DNA of 64,000 nt from the human T2T-CHM13v2.0 reference genome, Homo sapiens (GCF_009914755.1 NC_060928.1), one strand, 5' to 3'; numbered from the stretch's first letter, positions 27,120 to 43,100 are shown. Program-made: numbers and translations. Notes: a model not told the origin generated them from the letters alone.

Positions 27120-29220
27120 TTTTTTTTTATTTTCTTTATTATACTTAAAGTTCTGGGATACATGTGCAGAACATGCAGGTTTGTTAAATAGGTATAAACA
27201 TGCCATGGTTGTTTGCTGCACCCATCAACTTGTCATCTACATTAGGTATTTCTCCTAATGCTATCCCTCCCCTAGGCCTCCACCTCCCAACAGGCCCCAG
27301 TGTGTGATGTTCCCCTCCCTGTGTCCATACGTTTTCATCGTTCAACTCCCACTTATGAGTGAGAACATGTGGTGTTTGGTTTTCCGTTCTTCTGTTAGTT
27401 TGCTGAGAATGATGGTTTCCAGTTTCATCCATGTCCTTGCAAAGAACATGAACTCATCCTTTTTTATGGCTACATAGTATTCCATGGTGTATATGTGCCA
27501 CATTTTCTTTATCTATTCTATCATTGATGGGCATTTGGGTTGGTTCCAAGTCTTTGCTATTGTGAACAGTGCCACAATAAACATACATGTGCATCTTTCT
27601 TTATAGTAGAATGATTTATGATCCTTTGAGTATATACCCAGTAATGAGATTGCTGGGTCAAATGGTATTTCACAATGATTGAACTAATTTACACTCCCAC
27701 CAACAGTGTAAAAGTATTCCTATTTCTCCACATCCTCTCCAGCATTTGTTGTTTCCTGACTTTTTAATGATCACCATTCTGACTGGCATGAGATGGTATC
27801 TCATTGTGGGTTTGATTTGCATTTCTCTAATGACCAGTGATGATGAGATTTTTTTCATGTTTGTTGGCTGCATAAATGTCTTCTTTTAAGAAGTATCTGT
27901 TCATATATTTTTTCTTGTAAATTTGTTTAACTTCCTTGTAGAGTCTGGATATTAGCCCTTTGTCGGATGGATAGATTGCAAAAATTTTCTCCCATTCTAT
28001 AGGTTGCCTGCTCACTCTGATGATAGTTTCTTTTGCTGTGCAGAAGCTCTTTAGTTTAATCAGATCCCATTTGTCAATTTTGGCTTTTGTTGCCATTGCT
28101 TTTGGTGTTTTAGTCATGAAGTCTTTGCCCATGCCTATGTCCTGAATGGTATTGCCTAAGTTTTCTTCTAGGGTTTTTATGGTTTTAGGTCTTACATTTA
28201 AGTCTTCAACCATCTTGAGTTAAGTTTTGTATAAGGTGTAAGAAAGGGGTCCAGTTTCAGTTTTCTGCGTGTGGCTAGCCAGTTTTCCCAACACCATTTA
28301 TTAAACAGGAAATTCTTTCTCCATTGCTTGTTTGTGTCACGTTTGTCAAAAATCAGATGGTTGTAGATGTATGGTGTTATTTCTAAGGCATCTGTTCTGT
28401 TCCATTGGTCTATATCTCTGTTTTGGTACCACTACCATGCTGTTTTGGTTACTGTAGCCTTGTAATTATAGTTTGAAATCAGGTAGCATGATGCCTCCAG
28501 CTTTGTTCTTTTTACTTAGGATTGTCTTGGTTATGCGGGCTCTTTTTTGGTTCCATATGAAATTTAAAGTAGTTTTGTCTAATTCTGTGAAGAAAGTCAA
28601 TGGCAGCTTGATGGGGTTAGCACTGAATTTATAAATTACTTTGGGCAGTATGGCCATTTTCACAATATTGATTCTTCCTATCCATGAGCATGGAATGTTT
28701 TTCCATTTGTTTGTGTCCTCTCTTATTTCCTTGAGTGGTGGTTTGTAGTTCTCCTTGAAGAGGTCCTTCACGTCCCTTGTAAGTTGGATTCTTAGGTATT
28801 TTATTCTCTTTGTAGCAATCGTGAATGGGAGTTCACTCATGATTTGGCTCTCTATTATTGGTGTATAGGAATGCTTGTGATTTTGCACATTAATTTTGCA
28901 TATTAATTTTGTATCCTGAGACTCTGCTGAAGTTGCTTATCAGCTTAAGGAGATTTTGGGCTGAGATGATGGGGTTTTCTAAATATACAATCATGTCATC
29001 TGCATACAGAGAAAATTTGACTTCCTCTCTTCCTACCTGAATGCGCTTTATTTCTTTCTCTTGCCTGATTGCCCTGGCCAGAACTTCCAATACTATGTTG
29101 AATAGGAGTGGTGAGAGAGGGCATCCTTGTCTTGTGCTGGTTTTCAAAGGGAATGCTTTCAGTTTTTGCCTATTCAGTGCTATATTGGCTGTGGGCTTGT
29201 CATAAATAGCTCTTATTATA
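27120..29220 (-). mobile_element. 5'-truncated L1PA (L1PA7/8-like), ~2.1 kb, ORF2 disrupted
   Basis: 3' end aagttctgggatacatgtgcagaacatgcagg; RT peptide [13 protein letters not shown]; two internal deletions (near 27671 and 27907) relative to the copy at 61415-64000; no TSD seen. Confidence 0.93.
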
Positions 29221-29740
29221 TGAACAAAGAACAAGGACTATTAGCTTTCTAAATATCATTTAGAAGTTGGCTGTGTTTTTTAAGAGACATAGTCCCTCTC
29301 AAGTTTTTACTTGTCTTCCATCATAAAGGGAGTCAATGTCATTGCCTTCACACCAAGAGAATATGACTAGCACTGTAGCCCAACTGACCATCTTTCCAAC
29401 CCTTCAAGGACTAAGGTAGTCATTCATTCCCACAGGATTCCATCTTAGCAGTACAGGGATTTAGAAGTCTCCCAATTATTACATAATTGGCTCACAGTTG
29501 GAACTGGATGAGTGTAAGCAAATCATTTGATTTGGTTCAGTTCAACAAGTATGTATTTATTGAATGCATACGATGTGCTAAGCATCAGGCAACAGAGATG
29601 AAAGAAAACTTTTTAGGAAATTACAATCTAATGATGGAGATAGATAAACATATATGACATAATGTGCTAAAAAAAAAAGAGAGAGAGAGAGAAAGAAAGA
29701 GATAACAATCTGCACAGGGTGCCACAAAACCACTTGGCTG

Positions 29741-30511
<771 letters not shown>

Positions 30512-31019
30512 AGTGTGAATCTAGGTCCAGTATTATTAGACTATAAATTTCCATCTGGAGACTGGTATAAAAAGTGGCTGAAAAGACAGATTTTTCAAAG
30601 ACACATTCTCAAAATGATATGCTAGCACTTCTGGGGGAAAAAAACCACTTATACAAATTGCTTCCTAATGCTGCACTCAGTGACATAGCTTTGTATCTTG
30701 AAATCAGCTTTCTTGAGAATATCTCCACCACAAAAACAGTCAGAAGTTACAAATCAGAGCCTTACTGTTTTGAGAGCCAGTTTACCAGCACAAGACTTTA
30801 CCATTTCCCTTCCTGTGTCTATAAACCCACATCTGAACCACGATGAATAGAAACCCTGGGTAAGAAGGCACTCCACAACCTGCTCAAAATTGGAGAGATT
30901 ATAGGCCAATAAGCCCCATCTCTTTATACTGAGAGAAGTAAAAACTCTTCACTTTTCCACCTTCTAATCCCTCCACTAACCTCACTTCTGCCTTAGTAAG
31001 GTGGAGTCTCAAAGGATAA

Positions 31020-31265
31020 TTCATTCATTGCAACTATTCTGTTTTCACAGCTATTCAAGAACATGTATTGAAGGCCTACTATGTGCCAGGAACTAAGCTA
31101 GGGACTAGAAGAACCAATTAAGAGCATGCAATTGTATACAAACAGACTTAATTCCTGTTCTTAAAGTTTTTTAGTTGAGTGGGAAATAGAAATATACCTC
31201 AAATAAATCATGAAATAAATATATAATCACAAATGGTGATGAATACTATGAAGAAAATATGGAGA
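31020..31265 (-). mobile_element. L2 3' fragment
   Basis: atgtattgaaggcctactatgtgccaggaactaagctagggactag. Confidence 0.7.
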
Positions 31266-34200
31266 ATGATAAACACTTAAAATCCCCGATAGTTTAACCT
31301 TATGGGTCACTTACAATAGCATAAAATAAAGCGTTCTTGTTATTAGACCCTACAAACTAAAGCAAGTGATAACATACAGTTTTATAGAAAGCCAATCATC
31401 ATATTCTGTCTTAAGTTCCTGTCTTATCTTAGTTTCTTCTAACTAAGTGCCTTGAAGATTATTAGCTAAAATCCCCTGGTTAGGACAAAACAATTGGCAA
31501 AGAAAATGCAGCATCTCAACCCTAAATTCACATTCCTAGGCTTATTATCTAAAAAAAAGTGAATTTTTTTCACTAACATTATTTTAGGGAAAAAAATAAT
31601 GCTTGTCCTTGGAAAAGGCTGAGACTTATGTCTGATCTATACCTAACAACATATAAAAGATAAATTTGCCGTCTATTCATAACATCACATTTCCTATGAT
31701 AAATGATAAGCATACAATGAAAGCATATAGATAATGCTTAGTGTGCCCTGTTTTAGAGTGTTTGGAAAGTAACACTTTCTATGTGCAACTCCACAATTAT
31801 GTGCTCATGAATTCTGATCAGATCAAAAATAATTAATCCAGGACAATCTGCCTGTACCTCTCTTATAGTCAAGTTTTAGATTGAACAAGATTTTGCCACT
31901 TTTATCATCTATCATCTTCACCACAAAGTCATTATAAAATGCATCTCTAGTATCAGATAAAAATTTATAGGTGTTTCCACTGTAGGTTGCACCAAAGAGT
32001 TAAAACTTCTCAACACATTATACATATATTCATACATAGGGCCAAAGGGATACCATTCTCATTTTTCATCATCAAAGCATTTATAAGATTTCTATCTTCT
32101 TTTGCTTTTGTGACCTCTAGCCAGAAAGGCCAAAGTAAATAAAGGTCAAGATAGATGTCAAATCAAGCAATTACTAAACAGGGAACTTGGCTGTGACCCT
32201 CAGATTAGAAATGGTGACCTGTCACAGCAACAGGGGAAAACCCTCCTGCAACTCCTCTCCCATCTATGAAATACAATCTAGATTTGCAGCCTAGACTGAA
32301 AAAAAATTGATACCTTTCATTTGCGTTTTAATCTTTTCCACCCTTCATATTGGGGTTGTCCTCCCATTTTCTCCTTAGCTGTCAGCTCTGAATCATAGAC
32401 ATTTGAGAGAAAAAATTAGTGGGCATCTGTGCTAGGGAGGGAAATCATACCTATCATGAAAAATGAGAATGAGCCAGCCCAACACAAAATGTTGTAATAT
32501 CACTTTTATTCATACAACTTTATTTGGAGCTGCATGAAAATTAGACAATTTGTGTAATAGCAGTGATTTCAGTCAACAATTCTCATATTTTTTTCTGTAA
32601 TGGGCCACTTGTAGGAACAAATTTTTGGAATATTCTTTGGGAGGTGAGTAAAATTTCCAAATTCACTTACATATGTGACCCTCGATTCATGTTATTTCTA
32701 CAATTTCATTTTTTCCTCTTTGGCCCCCCAAAACTGCGACTCTTCACCCAGCTGCCATGTTGAAAATACTGTTTTTATTACCCATGTCTAACACCACAAC
32801 CCACATTCACTGCTGAATTCTTCTACCTTCTTAAACCTGTCATTTTTCAAAAGACCTGTATTTGTCCTTTTTTTATTGTAAAAAAAAGAACATGAAAAAG
32901 ATTTACTCATGAATTTTGAGTTGAGGCAGAACAAAAAAGAGAACTTTAAGTCAAAGTAATAGTTTGATAGAGAGTCTTACAAAGAGGTTCTTTGCTTTTT
33001 CTTTTACAGCTTGACTTTCCACAATTCACAAGGGAATACTGCCAATTAAATAAAAAAAATTTAAGCCATGTTTTCTAGTAAATAATTAAATTCAATTAGA
33101 AGTTAATGAATTTTCACTGTTAAATGTAATTATTTTCAGAAAAAATTAATAGTCAAATAAATATATTTTAAAATCTGATTTTGAAATAAACTGATAGAAA
33201 AACTATGAGGGGTAGAGACTAATTAAAAAACAAACAAACAAACCAGAAAATGACATAACCATCACTCTGTTATTGGAACATAAGCCTGGAAATCCACTGA
33301 GGAAGAATTATCCAGAAAAAAAAAAGAAACTTGGAAAGTAAAGTCTCATTTTTCAAAAATTCTTACATTAGTAAACTTCAAATGTGGACCTTAAAGCAAG
33401 AATATAAACACATTACTATAAGGTCATTTTCATTTAGAATTTCATTTAAACCCAAGTCTTCACTGAAAAAAACAGTAAAGTTTAAGAAGTAATTTGAAGA
33501 CTTTCTGAGCTGCACAATTCAGATACATGAAGCATGAGGATAAGTTTCAACATCAAGGTAACAGCCAACGTGCTTAAAATTCTGTATAAACCACACCTTT
33601 TAGGTCAAATTATTTTTTGCTGCTATGTTCACTGCTTTCACTTACTTGCCCAAGGATTCTGATCAGAGATTTTAGTGGCACATTTGGCCTATTATTATTA
33701 TTAGTTCTTCTAGTTACCAAAGAAGCTAAAGCAGTGCATGCACTATTAATGGTCGGTTTGGAGAGTGTGATAGCCCCCAAGTGTTCCTACATGGATTACT
33801 CTAACTTCGGAATACTATTTATTCCAAAAGTATCAAAACACAGGTGATTGCAGGGGTGAACTCCTGGAAATTTAAAGTTGTTTCTTTGGGGAAAAATCAT
33901 CTTGATTTCTACTACACACATTTACATCTTCAAAATTCCCAGATTTGAGGCTAAACAAAAGAACTTAGCTAACTACCACCTTGAATTACTCTTATTTCTT
34001 CATTGTGTCTGCGGTTAATGAAACTGTGAATGAATAAGACTGAAGATGCAATGGTGATGGCTTGACGTATTTTTTTTTTGTTTTCTTAAGGGGTGTGGCC
34101 AGATTTAAAAAAAAAAAAAAAACTTGTGTACTAAAAAATAATTGTCTAAGAGTGAGAACCTGTCATTTAAATAGGAGTGGATTCCCTCTAAATTTCACCC

Positions 34201-34884
34201 TAGTGGCTCTTATGAATCATAGAAAATGGGCAACTCCCTGTGGCTAGCATTCCTTCTTTCCACCTTTAATGACGCCAATTAGCCTGGGTGGGGTTAACAG
34301 AGAGGTTACCTTACATATGAGGCCATTTTAGTAATAAGTTTCCCTTGGAAAAGGGTCTGTAGGCTTCAGGCAAACTAAAAATAAAGTTAGACAGCTTAAG
34401 GATAGGGAAAAGTTAGACTTCAAAATTAGAAAAATACGTAAACATTACTAATCAGTGTTTGTTCATAGTATCTTCTTCACACTTTTTGAAAACTCTGAAA
34501 ATCACTCAAGAAGACATAATAAATTTCTCTGCAATTATCACAGAGCACTGAGAATAACAAAAGTGAGTTAACTTGTTTGTTTTAAGCCCCTATCCTTTCT
34601 GGAAGTATGGTTCTCAAGGAACTAGACAAAACATGATTATTGCATTACATATCTAAATGAATTTAGAAGACTATATTTCTTCATAATTAGTCATTTTCAT
34701 CTTGTCCTAAAGTAATATATTTGTTCAACAACACCTTTAATAAATTGGGTTTTATATACAATATTTTTTCTAAAAACCTATAAACACCCCACAAATCAAC
34801 GTCCATTCTTTACCAAAATATCCTCAGAACCAATCTTTAAATATGCAGTGAAAATCCAGACTTGTAATAATCTTGGACAATTTC

Positions 34885-35060
34885 TGAGATAAATTCATTT
34901 GATCCTCCAACAGCCTTATAAAGTAGGAAAAGTTGGTAATTTTTCCATTTTAAAGATGAGAAAATTGAGATGCAGAATGATTTTGCCTCTGGCCTCAAGC
35001 TAATTATTGAAAGAGTGGGTTTGATTCCAAGCCTCCTGGATTCCCATATCCCCCTTCATG
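34885..35060 (-). mobile_element. MIR SINE
   Basis: tcatttgatcctccaacagcc...ccattttaaagatgagaaaattgag. Confidence 0.75.
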
Positions 35061-35204
35061 TTCACCCTCTTAATATGTAATTCATACCCCCAATTTTTTA
35101 TGTAGTTTGTTTGTTCTTTAGAAATTCAGAGAAAGCACATGTAAGTTGTTTAAGACTTCACAGGGACAGAGAGCTTTAAGCAAAGCCTTAAAAGTGGGAC
35201 CAGG

Positions 35205-35860
<656 letters not shown>

Positions 35861-35899
35861 TCCGGAGAAAAGTCATGAGAATGAGCAGGGCATATGTGA

Positions 35900-36610
35900 A
35901 GATAGCCTGACTGAAGAAGAAGAGTTCATGTTGAGTGTGGAGGAAAACAAAGGTCAACAGGCAGATTGGGACCAAGTTAGAGAGTGCCTGGAAACTCACG
36001 AAAAATTAGATTTGATGTAATAAGAAATGAGACTTCCTTATAGAATTTTTGAACTGGAAGAAGGATGATAAATGGAAGTATTCAAAGACGTTTCTTTTAT
36101 GGCAGGAAGATTTGGAGAGAGTACATGATGACAATAAGGGTACAGTTGGGAAACTAATCTAATGGTTCAAGTATGAAATGATGAAGACCTAATCTGGAGT
36201 GGTCAATGTGATCATGAGTCAAAAGAACGAATCAACATAATTTTGTAACTAATTAGATGCAAGGACTGAAGCAGACGAAGGATGAGTCAAAGATGACTGG
36301 ATAGTTTCAAGCCTGGGGACTGAAGAGGTGGCGCCACGAAGAGTTAAAACGAGGAAAGAACATGCGGTGGGAGGGCATGAGTTTATGTTTAGGTATGTTG
36401 AATTTTAGTGACTGCTGAGTAGGGACTTGGACATGGAATTCATGTTCAGAACACAATACATAGCCATTAGAAACAGGGCACTGTGCAATAATAAAAGTCA
36501 TCTGAATTTACTAGTGAAGAATATGAAAAAGAGAGAGTAGAACTGAGAATTTAGGCTATGGAGTTTCCACAAATAAGCACTCATGAGAAGAATGAGGAGG
36601 CATTCAGGAA
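35900..36610 (-). mobile_element. L2 fragment
   Basis: gagtcaaagatgactggatagtttcaagcctgggg; atgagtttatgtttaggtatgttgaatttt. Confidence 0.65.
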
Positions 36611-37743
36611 ATAAGGAAGACCAGTCAGTTTCTTCCTTTTATGGGGTTTACAATTTACTTGAAGAGGCATCATTAGCATACACGAAGTAACATCAGTGTA
36701 ATTTTTCACCTCCACTGGAATTTAAGCTCCAGGAGAGCAGAGACTACTACCTAAAATAAGATGTAGCATATTTTAGGAATTCAATCTCTATTTCTTGGAG
36801 AAATGAATCATTTATTGTCCTATATGTCTCAGCAATTCGCATAGTGCCTGGCAAATAGCTGATGCTCAGTAAATTTTGTTGAACAGAATTAAACTAATAA
36901 TTTTATCTTTATTCCTAAGGAGATCTTATCTTAAATATTGTTAACTAAGAGCTTTCAGACAAGTAAACTAAGTATTCAAAGAAAAGACACATTTTTGAGC
37001 CACTATAAATAAAAAATCATAGAGAAAGTGATATTTAAACTGGCCTGGAAAAAAAGGAAAAATCTAAAATAAACAAAAAAGGAGGAAGAACAGGAAAGTA
37101 ATAGTTACTAAGGCAAAAAGGCAGAAATATATTTGAGATATCTGTACATCAGTTAAATTTTTATATGAATGAAGGATGTGAGTCAGGGAACCATAAGAAA
37201 TACCATCACTGAGGTTGTGGTGCATAGTAACCGAGAAGTATACTACACACATGTATGACTGACTATAGATAATAAGAGTGAGAAATGAGTTGAAGACCAT
37301 GCAAAGGTCTGTGACCTGGGTGACTGTAAGAATGAGGGCACTGAGAGTTCTGGTGGAGTAAAAGATGTGTTGATTTTAAACATGGATGCCTCAAGGTCTC
37401 AATCAGGAATCATTTTCACTCAAATCAACTCAAGTGAAAATGGGGCTCATTAAAGATAAAACAAAATTTTGTAGATAACACAGAAAAGAAAAAAATGTAC
37501 GGCTTGGCCACATGAGGGCATTCCATCTGGAAAGTGAGGAAGTAAAGCTGATGGTCCTTTCCTGGGTCCTTGTCTGGCAGATCTCTCAGCTCTGATTCTC
37601 TGGTCCATTTTCCTCTGCTTTTTCAAGGCATCTCTGCTCCCCCAAAACTTTCAGCTTGAATGTGATTTTAGCTTGCCATGATGCCAACTCTACATGAACA
37701 TCCAATTTTTTTTGTTTTAATTCTGAAAAGTGTCAAAGTTTAT

Positions 37744-37800
37744 CACATACTTTCACAAGAAAAGTGCTATCATTGCTCTATTTTCTTGTGAAACTATATG
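37744..37800. repeat. Imperfect inverted repeat (20-bp arms, 18/20 pairing)
   Basis: cacatactttcacaagaaaa ... ttttcttgtgaaactatatg. Confidence 0.85.
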
Positions 37801-39836
37801 AAGTCAATAATTATCCAAGTAAGCAAATGCATTTTATGTTTACTATCAACTTGAAGTATACATATGGATTAATTATCCCTTCAATTTTATACTCATTCAT
37901 GTATTGCCTGTAAAGGCCTACTTTTTAAGTCCCATATTAACTAATATCAAAGTCAACAGATATAATTCATTTCATCATTGACAGCAATAGCCTAAAATGT
38001 ATTAGAAAATAATCATTGAAATGCATCTGAAAGAAGAGATAGAAGTGACTGAACTGTTTAACTCACAAACCACAGCATGAAAAATTGAATAACCCAGAAT
38101 TTGGTTAAATAAGAATAGCCCAGTAGCATTGAACACTCAATAATTTCATCTTTTTTTATCTTAGGTGGCTTTATTTTATATCCTTTCAATAAATGAAGTT
38201 AAATGTTTTCTCAATTAAGATCCACCAATGGTCTCTGAAAAAGCATGGGAAGAAGTGGCAAATAGGCTGAGTGAATGTTCCTGAACTCTTATGTAATAGA
38301 AATTGGTAATTTATATCCCATGATATATGACTGATCTTAACTAATGTCTGCATTTGCTTTTCTAAGGAAAGCCAAGATTGATTTTAGTCATTTAAAAGAG
38401 CAAGAGAGATTCAAACATGCCTTAGATTTCAAATGTTTGTTTTAACATTTAACAGGTACTATAATAAAAGATTCAGAAGAAAGAAGTTAATGGAGTATGA
38501 AAATAAAGAATTGTCTGTAGAGAATCACTTTGTGATATTTCTCTTCTTCGTGAGCTTTAATAATCCAGAGTTAACTTTATTATCTTTACATTCTGCTTGA
38601 AATATGCTAGCAGCTACACTACCAAATATAAAGCAATAATTGAACCTGAGTGCCACCAAGATACAAGTAGGCAAGTCAAAGACAATAAGAAATGATAAAT
38701 ATGAAGTATTTATTCCACTGAAAATGGGTTTTCTGACAAATGCTGTGATTTCCTGTTCCTCTTTAGAGGTTCATAAGATAGATCTTACAAACTGATCTAT
38801 ATTCGCTAAAAGACAAAAATGGCAGCCCTCATTTGCCCAGTACACATCACCACCCACACTGGAATTAAGGTATAATCTCTATAAACTGAATTTAAAAACC
38901 TATAAAAAATGGTAACTAAATAAGCAGAGCCAGTCAAAATCTTGAAGGGATTTCATGGCTTCAGGAAAGAGGTGAGGCTCCACCTACACAAAAATTCTCT
39001 CATTTGTGAGCCAATTGTCTGAAATTTCGTTACCAGAATTTTATCCCTCTAGTTGACAACTTTGATCCTTATGAAAGTGTTTATTCTTCTGTTGGGGATA
39101 ATAATTCTCCCTGTTCCCAGAGACAAATCCTGACTACTTAATTTTGCCAGGTCTAGTTTTGCCTGTGAGCTACATCTTTTGCACATGACATGGTCAAGTC
39201 CAGCAAATACTTCAGGACAAAAGGTCAAAGATATCTCTAAATTGTGGGCTGGAAAAACAAACTATATCAAATATTAGTCTGAAATAGTTTCATAGAACTT
39301 ATGTTTATAAATATTTCATAAGAACTAGCTGAGACCATTTTAGTTTTATTAAGTTTTATTAAGCTACAAACTGTGAACTAGTGTTTTTGTATTATTCTGT
39401 GGTACACAAGGCCATTGGATCCAAATTTTAGACTAAAAGAAGAAATTTTCTTTAAAATATAATTAAAATTATATGTATTTAAATTTTACAGAAAGGCAGA
39501 AGATACTACCAATGCCTAATCCTCCTTCAAATAACAACTTTTTTCATTCTTCATATACGCCTGTGATAATCCATGTAGGAAAAATGATAAAAGACCACAT
39601 TGATGTTTTCTAAATATGAAGAAAATAAAGGACAATTAAAATCAGTAAGTTTATCATCATCAACAGCAAAAAACACACATATATAATTGGCCTAACCAGG
39701 TAAGACCTGCTTTGTTGTCTTATATCGTATTGCAAAAACATAAAGGTCATCAATACCTAGTTGTACCACAAGTATTTTCTAATTGGTTCACTTATCCCCT
39801 ATTTACCTCCTGACAATTTGTAAAAGCCCATCTTTA

Positions 39837-41125
39837 TGTTCCTTTTATAATTTCAACTTTTATTTTAGATTCAGAGAGTACACGTGCAGGTTTGTTCCTT
39901 GGGTGTATTGTGTGACACTGAGGTTTGGAGAACAAATAATCCTGTCATCTAGGTACTGATCATAGTACCCAATAGGTAGTTTTTCAGCCCCTTGCCCCTC
40001 CCTCTCTCCCCTCTAGTAGTCCCCACTGTCTATTGTTGCTATCTTTATGTCCATGTGAACTCAGTGGTTAGCTCTGACTTATAAATAAGAACATGCAGTA
40101 CTTGGTTTTCTATTTCTGTGTTAATTTGCTTAGTATAATGGCCTCCAGCTGCATTCATGTTGCTGCAAAGGACATGATTTTATTCTCTTTTATGGCTGCA
40201 TAGTTTTTCATGATGTATGTGTGCCACATTTTCTTTATCCAAGCCACTGTTGATGGGCATCTAGGTTGTTTCCATGTCTTTCCTATTGTGAATAGTCCAT
40301 AAACATACAAGTGCATGTGTCTTTTTGGTAGAATGATTTGTTTTCCTTGGGTATATACCCAGTAACGGGATTGCAGGATCAAACGGTAGTTCAATTTTAA
40401 GTTGTCTGAGAAATCTCTAAACTGCTTTTCACAGTGGCTGAACTAATTTACATTCCCACCAACAGTGTATAAACGTTACCTTTTCTCCACAGCCTTGCCA
40501 ATATGGTTTTTTTTTTTTTTGACTTTTTAATAATAGGCATTCTGACTGGTGTCAGATGGTATCTCATTATGGTTTTGATTTGCATTTTACTGATAATTAG
40601 TAATGATGAGCATTTCCTCATGTTTGTTGGCCACTTGTATGTCTTCTTTTGGGAAGTGTCTGTTTGTATCCTTTGCCAATTTTTTAATGGGGCTATTTGT
40701 TTTTTGCTTGCTGAATTTTTTAAGTTCCTTATGGATTCTGGAAAATAGACCTTTGTCAGATGCATAGTTTCAAATCCTTTCTCCCATTCTGTAGGTTGTC
40801 TGTCAATAGCTTTTGTGTGTGTGTCTTTTTTGTTTGTTTTTGCTGTGCAGAAGCTCTTAATTAGGTCCCACTTGTCAATTTTTGTTTTTGTTGCAATTGC
40901 TTTGGAGGACTTAGTCATAAACTCTTTCCCATACCAATGTCCAGATTGGTATTTTCTAGGTTTTCTTCTGGGATTCTTGTAGTTCTTGGTCTTAAATTTA
41001 TATCTTTAATCCATTTTGAGTTAATTTTTGTATATGGTGAAAGGTAGGAGTCCAATTTCATTTTTTTGCCTATGGCCAGTCATTTATCCCAGCCCCATTT
41101 ATTGAATATAGAGTCCTTTCCCCAT
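39837..41125 (-). mobile_element. 5'-truncated L1PA15/16-like element, ~1.3 kb
   Basis: 3' end caacttttattttagattcag...gtgcaggtttg; ORF2 C-terminal peptides; 16-bp TSD taaaa(g/c)cccatcttta at 39821-39836 and 41126-41141. Confidence 0.92.
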
Positions 41126-42603
41126 TAAAACCCCATCTTTAAAGTGTTAAAGTTTTTCTGAAGATAAAACATTATCAGGTTCAATTTAATCTTTTAGGAC
41201 AGAAACAATTTTGTTCATTGTTTCTTCTGATTTCAACAGTAAAGAATACAAACATACATTACTATTTCTATATGAATAAATGTGCCAATATGCACTGATA
41301 GCAGATCTTTAATGTAAGCTAGTCCAGTATAAAAGCAGAGATTAGCTCTCCATTAGCTCTCCATTTACCACCAATATTCAGATATCACTAACAGTTTTAA
41401 GGTATCTACTCAATGTGAAAATCTCAATTATATTATCTGAAATTATTTGAATTAAGAAGGAGCCTTGAGTGAAGTAGCTTCATAAAGCAAGTGTGTATTG
41501 GTTTGATGGACTCATTCAGTGTTGAGTAAATATTTGATCAAGTTATAAGATTTATATTTCAATCTATTCCATGTCTTCAATTCTGTAAATGTAGTTTATA
41601 AAAAACCTTATAATATTTTTGTACTTAATGATTACAGAACCTGGAAAAGTCATGTAATTTCTCTGACTCTCACTTTTCCCATTCATTCATTGAAGAAAAT
41701 AAATCACAGCATTTTATATGGATTAAAATAAATGAAATATTAAAGTGCCTATTAAAAAATAAGTTTTTAGTAAATATTTACCTTTATTATTATAAATGTC
41801 AAAATATAGCATTTCAGAGGAAAAATAAAAGTAGCATGATAATATTACTTTTAAACCCAGGAATTGAAATCACATACATTCTTGGGCTGTCTTCTTTTTC
41901 CTTCCTTAGAACTACCCAGGGATCCATGTAAATCTAACAATTTCACTTGTTCTTATATACCTGCATGAGCTTGGGGTATAGACCAGAGGATCTATTGACC
42001 TTATGGTCTCTTAATTATGGATTTGGTTTCATAAAGTGATACCAAACTAGAGAGTATCAGTATTATACTGCCAGAGCTATGTTGATGACCTTTCCTCATT
42101 TAAATCTGGACTGATTAAACCTTAGATAGCTGCTGATTACTTGTTTTTGACTCTAGGATTGCTGAGAAGAAGATTGATCCTGTTTCAAGAGTAGTCTGCA
42201 TCTTGTCTACCACTTATATAACACATTAAATACCTTTTTTCTCTCCAGTTCTCCTATCACTCTAACTTTACCTTCTAACATAGTGCTAGATGCATCCTAA
42301 CCCTCTAAGTCTGCTAATCACACACTGTCTTCTCCTCTCACAACCTACAAGTTAACTTCAAGCACTTATTACACAATTTGATCTTTTCTTTCTATTATTT
42401 CAGTAAATCGAAGGCTCCACTTTGAAGGATCCTCCTCTTAAAATCCTTTCCCCTGGACCTTTTCATTAATATATTCTATGGTCCAAGTTGTAACCTGGGT
42501 GGTATTCAAAATAGCAATGATGACCACTATAATTTTGGTATTTATGGATAATAAAATGAAAAAATACAGGCCAGGATTAACCTTAACAATATAAAAACAA
42601 ACA

Positions 42604-42720
42604 AGCCAGGTGCAGTGGCACACAACTATAGCTTGGGCCCCAGAATTCAAGACTGCAGTGAACTACAATCACACCACTGCGCTCTAGTCTGGGCAACAGA
42701 GCGAGATTCCATCAATAAAC
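42604..42720 (+). mobile_element. Internally deleted Alu right monomer (FRAM/AluJ-like)
   Basis: agccaggtgcagtggcac...ttcaagactgcagtgaactacaatcacaccactgcgctctagtctgggcaacagagcgaga. Confidence 0.8.
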
Positions 42721-42900
42721 TTTTTAAAAATTTTTTTAATAAAATAAGTAAATAACCATGCTTAAGCATAATGCAAAGGGTCTTGATAATAATAAAACTC
42801 AGATAAATTGAAGATGAAAATAACTTTTATCTGTAATTTAATGTTAGTTCCAAGCTTCAACAGAAAATGTCATCTTATTGTATAGCTTGGTCAAACTTTG

Positions 42901-43100
42901 AAGAAATAAAAGGAAATGATACATGCAATCTCCCCACAAAAGCTAATTACCCTCAATGAGTTTTCCATAGGCTACAGTATTAACAGCTTTTCGTAGACTA
43001 CAGTATTCCTTTTATTAAGAAATAAAAGGAAATGATACATGCAATGTCCCCACAAAAGCTAGTTACCCTCAATGAGTTTTTCGTAGGCTACAGTATTAAC
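42901..43100 (+). repeat. 84-bp direct duplication with a 32-bp templated spacer
   Basis: 42901-42984 and 43017-43100 differ at 4 positions. Confidence 0.95.
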
